NCBI GenBank assembly: GCA_963768855.1
Contig: CAVYJM010000018.1
Location: 32,001 to 96,000 of the forward strand
Length of the DNA stretch: 64,000 nucleotides
Reading direction: 5' to 3'
Origin: an uncultured Thermoplasmata archaeon
GTDB lineage: Archaea; Thermoplasmatota; Thermoplasmata; RBG-16-68-12
In this document: positions 58,048 through 64,000 of the stretch, in pieces
How positions within the stretch are numbered: position 1 is the first letter of the stretch
How the letters are laid out: each line of letters opens with the position of its first letter
The notes under the pieces: model-generated
Database searches by the model: none
What the model was told of the DNA's origin: nothing
What the model saw: the letters and a program-made list of their open reading frames with translations, nothing else
Program-made: the position numbers and the translations under genes

Positions 58048-58911
58048 ATGGAGGGAGGCCTCGGCGAGCTGGCGGCGTGCGTGGCTCACGAGACGCAGCT
58101 CGCGTCGTTTGCCGCCTCGTTCTTTTCGCCTCCCGAGCTCTTCCTGGAACGACGGCCGGAAGCGGAGCCCGTCCTCCGCGCGATCCTGCGCGCGACGGAG
58201 GACTGCCCGTTGTGCCGCCGCAAAGCGGATCGGGCGGGGATGCGACGGATCGTCCTCTCATCGGACGCGGCCCCCGCAACGCCCTCCGACATCGTCGTAC
58301 GATTGACCTGCACCCACAAGCACGGGGGACCCTGGGACTGCGCCTACCGCGCCGATGTGAAGCGGAAGATCCTCCTCCTCGGGGACGCGTCCGCGCGGAA
58401 GACGGAGCTGGTCCGGCCCGCGGTCTTCGACTTCGTCCCGGATGGATACCGCGATTCGCTCGGAGCCAAGGTCATGACACGTCACGAGACGGTGAACCTG
58501 GAGACCCAGGGGGTGGCGTTCCACATCGTGTTCACGTTGTGGGACATCGCCGGAAACCGGTTCGGCACGAAAGGCCTCCTGGCCGACTACTTCCGGGGCG
58601 CCCGGGCCGTCCTGGCCGTCTGCGACCTCTCTCATGCACGAAGTGTCGAGGAACTCGGGTACTGGCTTTCCGTGGCCACTCGCATCCTGGGAAAGACCCT
58701 AGTGGTGATCGTGGCGAAAGAACGGATCGCCCCGGACCCCTTGCCGATCGCGGAGGCGCGGTTGAAGGAGATCGTGCGGAAGCACCATGCGACCCTGGTG
58801 ATGGTGCCGTCCAAGGACTCGCACACCCTCGAGCACGTGTTCCGGGGCATCGGAGAGGAGACGATTCGGGACGTCTTCGGGACCGAGGGGCACCCGCGGA
58901 TGTACCTCTGA
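58048..58911 (+). CDS. Putative Zn-binding domain fused to a degenerate Rab/Roc-like small GTPase
   Basis: CPLC...CTHKH...C; KILLLGDASARKT, LWDIAG, YFRGARAVLAVCDLS. Confidence 0.75.
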   Translation: MEGGLGELAACVAHETQLASFAASFFSPPELFLERRPEAEPVLRAILRATEDCPLCRRKADRAGMRRIVLSSDAAPATPSDIVVRLTCTHKHGGPWDCAYRADVKRKILLLGDASARKTELVRPAVFDFVPDGYRDSLGAKVMTRHETVNLETQGVAFHIVFTLWDIAGNRFGTKGLLADYFRGARAVLAVCDLSHARSVEELGYWLSVATRILGKTLVVIVAKERIAPDPLPIAEARLKEIVRKHHATLVMVPSKDSHTLEHVFRGIGEETIRDVFGTEGHPRMYL

Positions 58912-58964
58912 GCGAGGCGACCCGCGGGGCGGATTCGGACCCCCTCAGGGCCCGCCGGTCCGTT

Positions 58965-58986
58965 GTTATCGCAGTACTGCGATAAC
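58965..58986. repeat. Perfect 22-bp palindrome GTTATCGCAGTACTGCGATAAC
   Basis: Read directly from sequence. Confidence 0.95.
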
Positions 58987-58989
58987 TTG

Positions 58990-59262
58990 ATGCGCCCTGA
59001 CGGCCATGGGGCTCCCGGTACGCCCATGAAGGTCGGGTGTGGGTTCGTCGAGAAAACCGTCCGCGGCCAGAGGTATCTCTACGTCTGGGCCTTCGAAGCC
59101 CGCGGATCGGGCGTCCGGAAGGTGGAGCGGTACATCGGGCCCGCGCGGCGCCCCGAGGCGCGCCAGAAAGCCCTGCGCGAGCTGGAGGTCCTTGCCTCCC
59201 GGGCGACCGCCGCGCTCGAGCGGCGGCGCGCCACGTGGCGGCGCCAGCTCGCGCCTCCCTGA
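58990..59262 (+). CDS. Small basic putative DNA-binding protein (start 58990 or 59026)
   Basis: KTVRGQRYLYVW...KVERYIGP followed by an amphipathic helix. Confidence 0.65.
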   Translation: MRPDGHGAPGTPMKVGCGFVEKTVRGQRYLYVWAFEARGSGVRKVERYIGPARRPEARQKALRELEVLASRATAALERRRATWRRQLAPP

Positions 59263-59315
59263 CCCCGGGGCGTCTCAGAAACGTTTATGGCGCGTGGCCT
59301 TGTTCGGCCCGCATC

Positions 59316-60584
59316 ATGACGTTCGAGCGCCCGCGCGGGACGAACGACTGGGGCCCTGAGGACATGGCGAAGCGCCGCTTCGTCGAGTCCGCGTTCGTGC
59401 GGACCGCCGAGGGCTTTGGATTCCGCGAGATCCAGACCCCGATCTTCGAGCCCCTCGAGCTCTTCACCGCGAAGTCCGGACCGGGAGTGGTCGACGAACT
59501 CTACGCCTTCAAGGACAAGGGCGGCCGCGACCTCGCCCTCCGTCCCGAGTTCACCGCCTCCATCCTGCGGTTCTACGTCGGCGAGCTCCGAAGCCTGCCG
59601 AAGCCCATCAAGGTCTACTGCTACGGCCCCGCCTTCCGCTACGAGGAGCCGCAGAAGGGGCGGTACCGCGAGTTCGGGCAGCTCGACGCGGAGATCATCG
59701 GGGGCGCCGCCCTCCCGTCCGACGCGGAAGCCGTCGCCCTGGCGATCGGGACGATGCGGGCGATCGGCCTGAAGCAGATCCGCGCCCGGATCGGGCACCT
59801 CGGCATGCTCCGCGCCTTCCTGCCCTTCGGCCCCGCGGATCAGGCGAGAGTCCTCCACGCCCTCGACAAGAAGAACTTCGAGATGCTCGACGACGAGTTG
59901 CAGCGCCTGGGCACGCCCGAGCTGGCGGACCCGCTCAAGCGGCTCGTCGCACTCCACGGCGACGCGGCTGTCCTCCAGGAGGCGAAGGACCTCCTCGGCG
60001 GGAAGGGCGCCGAGGCCTTCGCATACCTAGGGCAGATCGCGGACCAGCTCGCGCACTACGGCATCCCGCCCACCGAGTACGAGTTCGACATGGGCGTCGT
60101 CCGCGGTCTGGATTACTACACGGGCCTCGTGTTCGAGCTCGATTCGCCGAACCTCGGGGCCGAGAAGCAGGTCGGCGGGGGCGGCGCGTACGTCCTCGCG
60201 GAGATCTTCGGCGGCGAGCCCGTGGCCCAGACGGGCTTCGCCCTCGGCGTGGACCGGCTCGTCCTGTCCGCGGAGGCGGAGGGCCTGTTCGGCCCGACGC
60301 CCGGGGTCGACGCGTACATCGTGCCCATCGGCGACGCGATGCGTGCGCGGGCCGTCGAGATCCTCACGACGCTCCGGGCCGCGGGCCTGCGAGCGGACAT
60401 CGATCTCGTCGGTCGCGGGCCGTCCAAGAACCTCGACTACGCGAACGCGACGCGCGCCCGGTACGCCGTCCTCGTGGGCGAGCGCGAGCTCAAGGGAGAG
60501 AAGGTCGGCCTTCGCGACCTGAAGACGGGGGAGCAGCGCGAGGTCCCGCTCGGGCTCCTCGCCGAGGAGATCCGCAAGGCCTAG
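59316..60584 (+). CDS. hisS: Histidine--tRNA ligase
   Basis: RPRGTND, LRPEFTAS, RYEEPQKGRYREF, RGLDYYTG. Confidence 0.97.
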   Translation: MTFERPRGTNDWGPEDMAKRRFVESAFVRTAEGFGFREIQTPIFEPLELFTAKSGPGVVDELYAFKDKGGRDLALRPEFTASILRFYVGELRSLPKPIKVYCYGPAFRYEEPQKGRYREFGQLDAEIIGGAALPSDAEAVALAIGTMRAIGLKQIRARIGHLGMLRAFLPFGPADQARVLHALDKKNFEMLDDELQRLGTPELADPLKRLVALHGDAAVLQEAKDLLGGKGAEAFAYLGQIADQLAHYGIPPTEYEFDMGVVRGLDYYTGLVFELDSPNLGAEKQVGGGGAYVLAEIFGGEPVAQTGFALGVDRLVLSAEAEGLFGPTPGVDAYIVPIGDAMRARAVEILTTLRAAGLRADIDLVGRGPSKNLDYANATRARYAVLVGERELKGEKVGLRDLKTGEQREVPLGLLAEEIRKA

Positions 60585-60590
60585 GCCGCT

Positions 60591-61226
60591 TCACGGCGAG
60601 AGCTTGGCGATCCGGTCGGCCCACTTCGCGAGGCGGGGCAGCCCCTTCGGGATCTCCTCCCCGATGAAGAGGAGGGGGTACAGCCCCCCGTAGATCCCAA
60701 AGTCCGCGAGGCTCGGCTTCGCGAGGATCCAGTCCCGCCCGTCGAGGATCGCGTCGACCATCGCGAGGTGCTTCTCCATGTCCTCGCGGAACTCGTCCCG
60801 CCGCATTTCCAGGACGTGCCAAGGCCCGCGGGCGCGGGTCTGCATCTCCTCGAACACCCATCGGTCGTGGTCGTCCCGCAGCTTGGGCGGCACCTTCGTG
60901 ACCGCGTACCGCCAGACGCGCTCCTCGAGGACTTGGTGGCCCCAGTGCTCCAGGACCGCGGCGAGGCCCTTCTGGCCGTACGGGTAGAGGGTCGGCTCGG
61001 GCCGCGTCCTCTCCAGGAAGTCCGGGATGTCGTACCAGAACACGGGCTTCCCCTCCCACATCAGCGTGGGCACGTAATCCTGGCCCGTCGCCGCGATCAG
61101 CTCGCCCTTGTCGTGGTAGGATACGTACACCGGGTCGAACGGGATCCCCTTGAAAGCGAGCATCCGCTCCGCCGCCACGCAGTAGTGGCTGAACGGTTCC
61201 GAGAAGAGCCGGGGTCGAGAGGCCAT
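60591..61226 (-). CDS. Glutathione S-transferase family protein
   Basis: SHYC, VPTL, SLADF; TTAAAT box 29 nt upstream. Confidence 0.85.
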   Translation of the reverse strand: MASRPRLFSEPFSHYCVAAERMLAFKGIPFDPVYVSYHDKGELIAATGQDYVPTLMWEGKPVFWYDIPDFLERTRPEPTLYPYGQKGLAAVLEHWGHQVLEERVWRYAVTKVPPKLRDDHDRWVFEEMQTRARGPWHVLEMRRDEFREDMEKHLAMVDAILDGRDWILAKPSLADFGIYGGLYPLLFIGEEIPKGLPRLAKWADRIAKLSP

Positions 61227-61251
61227 GGCGGCGCAGAGGCGCGTCTCGGAT

Positions 61252-61839
61252 TTAAGGTTGGACCCGGGTCCCGGGCGCGGGGAGGAACGCCCGCGTCTCC
61301 TCCGAGGCGGGCTCCCTCCGGACCGCCCGCGCGAGGACCGACAGGGCGAGCGCGAAGACGAGGGCGAGGTAGAGCGTCTGGTACCCGGAGTCCAAGTGAC
61401 CGAGGTCGGCGAGGAGCGCCAGCGCGTTGAACCAGATGTGGGCCGCGAAGCCAGCGCCGAACCCGAACCCGATTCCGAACAGCGGGGCCGAGGTGCGCTG
61501 CCAGATCTCCAGGGCCCCCGCGACAGAGAGCGCGACGAACGCGCCATGTGCGATCTCCCGGAACGCGAAGGCGGTCGCGCCCTGGTCCGGGTAGACGACG
61601 ACGCCTTCGACCATCCCGTCCAGGCCGCCAACCAGCCAGGGGACGAGGAAGAGCCAGTAACGGAGCACGAGGCCGGGGTCGCGGCCACCCCGGAGGATCA
61701 CCGAGGCAATCGTCAGGGCGAGGATCGCGCCCGCCAGTTTGAGGCTCTCCTCGAACGCGGGCCCGAGCAGGACCACGGCGATCGGGCCGATGTCCGGGGA
61801 GTACAGGGCCCGCAGCGGAGCCACGACGAGGAGGGGCAC
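61252..61839 (-). CDS. PrsW-like intramembrane metalloprotease (true start probably further upstream)
   Basis: FEESLK, GMVEG, AHG, AHIWFN motifs. Confidence 0.65.
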   Translation of the reverse strand: MPLLVVAPLRALYSPDIGPIAVVLLGPAFEESLKLAGAILALTIASVILRGGRDPGLVLRYWLFLVPWLVGGLDGMVEGVVVYPDQGATAFAFREIAHGAFVALSVAGALEIWQRTSAPLFGIGFGFGAGFAAHIWFNALALLADLGHLDSGYQTLYLALVFALALSVLARAVRREPASEETRAFLPAPGTRVQP

Positions 61840-61977
61840 CAGGGCAGCGAGGAAGAGACGGGTCGGTGTCTTCGCCCGTGCGCTCCGTGCCTCCCGTCTC
61901 CCGCCGATGGCGTCCGGCCCCCGCGGTCGGGACCATCGGAACGCGGGGCTTGAGGATTGCCCCGCGTCTCCGCGGGC

Positions 61978-62805
61978 TCAGCCGGAGACCGTGCGCCGGA
62001 ACATGGACGTCGTCGCGGTCAGGCTGATCGCGCCAACGGCGACAATCGTGAGCACGGCATACAGCAGCAGGTTCCAGTCGAACCCGGTAATGATGAGACC
62101 ATGGAGGGCGTCTGCGATGTAGCTCATCGGGTTGTAGGTGGCGACCTTCTGAACCCAGTCGGGCAACAGGGCCTTGGGCATCATCGCGGTGGACAGGAAG
62201 AGCAGCGGGAACGTCGTCAGGAGGCTGATCATGAGAGTGGTCTCCGAGTTCTTCGTGGCCAGACCGATGAAGGTCGAGATCCCCGACCACGCGATCCCGA
62301 AGCTCATCGCAATCGCGAACAGGAGCAGGAGCCCCGCCGCGCCGGTGGCGATCGGGACGCCGAGGGCAAACGCCAGCCCCATGATGACCGCGGTCTGGAT
62401 CACGATGCGAACGCCGTCGCTCAGGACCTTCCCCATGAGGATCGCGGATCGGTGGATCGGAGCGACGCGCATCTTGTCCATGTACCCGCTCTCCAAGTCC
62501 GTGACCATGCCCATGCCGGACTGCATCGCGGACGAGATGACTGTCTGGATGATGACGGCGGCCGTGAAGAACTGGATATAGGAGCTCGTGCCGGTCAGGG
62601 TCGCGAACGTGATGAACTGGACCGGGAACGTCCCCGGGATGGGCTCGCGGATGTTCGCGATGGACTGGAACGCCTGCGTGAAGAGGACGAACCAGACGAT
62701 GGGCTGGACGAGGCTGAAGAACAGGAACTGCGGGCGGCGAAGGGTCTTCTTGATCCAGCGCCCGAAGACGCCGTTGACCTCGGAGACGTAATAGGACATG
62801 CTCAT
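61978..62805 (-). CDS. ABC-2 type exporter permease (DrrB-like)
   Basis: SLVQP, DLESGYMDKMRVAPI, NPMSY. Confidence 0.92.
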   Translation of the reverse strand: MSMSYYVSEVNGVFGRWIKKTLRRPQFLFFSLVQPIVWFVLFTQAFQSIANIREPIPGTFPVQFITFATLTGTSSYIQFFTAAVIIQTVISSAMQSGMGMVTDLESGYMDKMRVAPIHRSAILMGKVLSDGVRIVIQTAVIMGLAFALGVPIATGAAGLLLLFAIAMSFGIAWSGISTFIGLATKNSETTLMISLLTTFPLLFLSTAMMPKALLPDWVQKVATYNPMSYIADALHGLIITGFDWNLLLYAVLTIVAVGAISLTATTSMFRRTVSG

Positions 62806-63911
62806 GGCGAGGACCTCCTGCGGGCGCCCCACATGACCCGGCTCGGCGGCCGGACTTCCTCCGAGCGCATCTGGTGGCCGGTGTGCTTCAGGAAGACGTC
62901 GTCCAAGGAGGGCGCCGAGAGGGTGAGCTGGGCGATCTGGACGCCGACGTCGTCGAGCATCCGGACGATCTGGGGGACGAGGCTAGGGCCGCTCTTCGCG
63001 TACACGGTCACGCCCGCGTCGTAGTTCTGGACCTCCTGGACCTCGGGGATCCGCCGCAGGGCCTCCCGGGCCAGATCCTGCACCTTCTTCGCGCCGTCGG
63101 ACTTGAGAGCGATCTGGATCACGTCCGCGCCGATCTCTGCTTTCAGGGACGAGGGCGTGCCCTGGGCCACGATCTTCCCGTGGTCGATGATGCACAGTCG
63201 GTCGCAGAGGCGGTCCGCCTCCTCCATGTACTGGGTCGTTAGGAAGATCGTCATGCCCTGCTCGTTGAGTGACTTGATGTAGTTCCAGACCGAGATCCGG
63301 TTCTGCGGGTCCAGGCCGGTCGTGGGCTCGTCGAGGAAGAGGAGCTTCGGCTTGGAGATGAGGGCCATCGCCAGGTCGAGGCGGCGGCGCATGCCGCCGG
63401 AGTACGTGCCGGCGCGCCGGTCCGCCGCGTCATCGAGCCCGACCGTCTTGATGATCAGTTCGACGCGTGACGAGCTCTCGACCTTCGGGATGTGGTAGAA
63501 ACGGGCCTGGAGCCGGAGGTTCTCTCGTCCCGTGAGGTCGTCGTCCACGCCGACGTCCTGGGCGGCGTAGCCGATGATCTCCCGGATCTTGGCGGGCTCA
63601 TCCTCCAGGTCGAGGCCGTCCACGTTGACCGTCCCCGCGGACTTCTGGATCAACGTCGTGATGATTTTGATCGTCGTGCTCTTGCCCGCGCCGTTCGGGC
63701 CGAGGAATCCGAAAACCTCGCCGCGCTTGACGTAGAACGAGATCCCGTCCACGGCACGCACGTCCGGGTCGAACGTCTTCTTGAGGTCCTTCACGAGGAG
63801 GATCGCTTCCGCCTTCGTGATCGTTCTGCGTGCGGGGGCCGCGGCGGTCTTCCCGGCTGTCCGGGGTGCCGCTTGCGGGGGGGCCAGCGATTCCTGTGCC
63901 TGAGCGCTCAT
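62802..63911 (-). CDS. ABC exporter ATP-binding protein (DrrA-like)
   Basis: GPNGAGKST, YSGGM, LDEPT; TTAAAT box 29 nt upstream. Confidence 0.95.
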   Translation of the reverse strand: MSAQAQESLAPPQAAPRTAGKTAAAPARRTITKAEAILLVKDLKKTFDPDVRAVDGISFYVKRGEVFGFLGPNGAGKSTTIKIITTLIQKSAGTVNVDGLDLEDEPAKIREIIGYAAQDVGVDDDLTGRENLRLQARFYHIPKVESSSRVELIIKTVGLDDAADRRAGTYSGGMRRRLDLAMALISKPKLLFLDEPTTGLDPQNRISVWNYIKSLNEQGMTIFLTTQYMEEADRLCDRLCIIDHGKIVAQGTPSSLKAEIGADVIQIALKSDGAKKVQDLAREALRRIPEVQEVQNYDAGVTVYAKSGPSLVPQIVRMLDDVGVQIAQLTLSAPSLDDVFLKHTGHQMRSEEVRPPSRVMWGARRRSSP

Positions 63912-64000
63912 TGACGCGCTCAGACGTCCGAAGGATTTAAGCTCGCCGAAATTCGCCCCGCGACTTGGGCGGCGGCCTGTGCTCGATTGCACAGATATCC

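Overview
High-GC archaeal chromosomal window. Archaeal-type pheT/hisS/glmU, TATA boxes with leaderless starts, GGAGGTGA-type SD sites, CCA-less tRNAs and roadblock-tailed surface proteins suggest a Thermoplasmata-like lineage (inference). Contents: a methyltransferase cluster, a large multidomain surface protein, an orphan RnfD/NqrB-like protein, three tRNAs, a ~15 kb amino-acid biosynthesis supercluster (lrp, leuA/cimA, proC, pheA, ilvD, hom, thrC, ilvC, ilvH, ilvB, ilvE, thrB, moaD-like, second thrC-like), a divergent hutU locus, a 1462-aa pure coiled-coil protein, a putative B12 uptake locus, glmU-glmS, a degenerate small GTPase, hisS and an ABC-2 exporter. No CRISPR array, transposase or integrase was seen. 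The strongest unannotated signal is a set of short upstream ORFs in front of amino-acid genes. One encodes MQHHQILLVIVLTKRLC (seven consecutive Ile/Leu/Val codons, stop codon in a hairpin loop) ahead of the ilvE-ilv operon. Two similar leaders precede leuA/cimA and ilvB, and an Arg-rich uORF precedes an amidinotransferase-family gene. Together they suggest ribosome-mediated (leader-peptide) attenuation in an archaeon. Start codons were adjusted by hand and all RNA structures were paired by eye, not computed.
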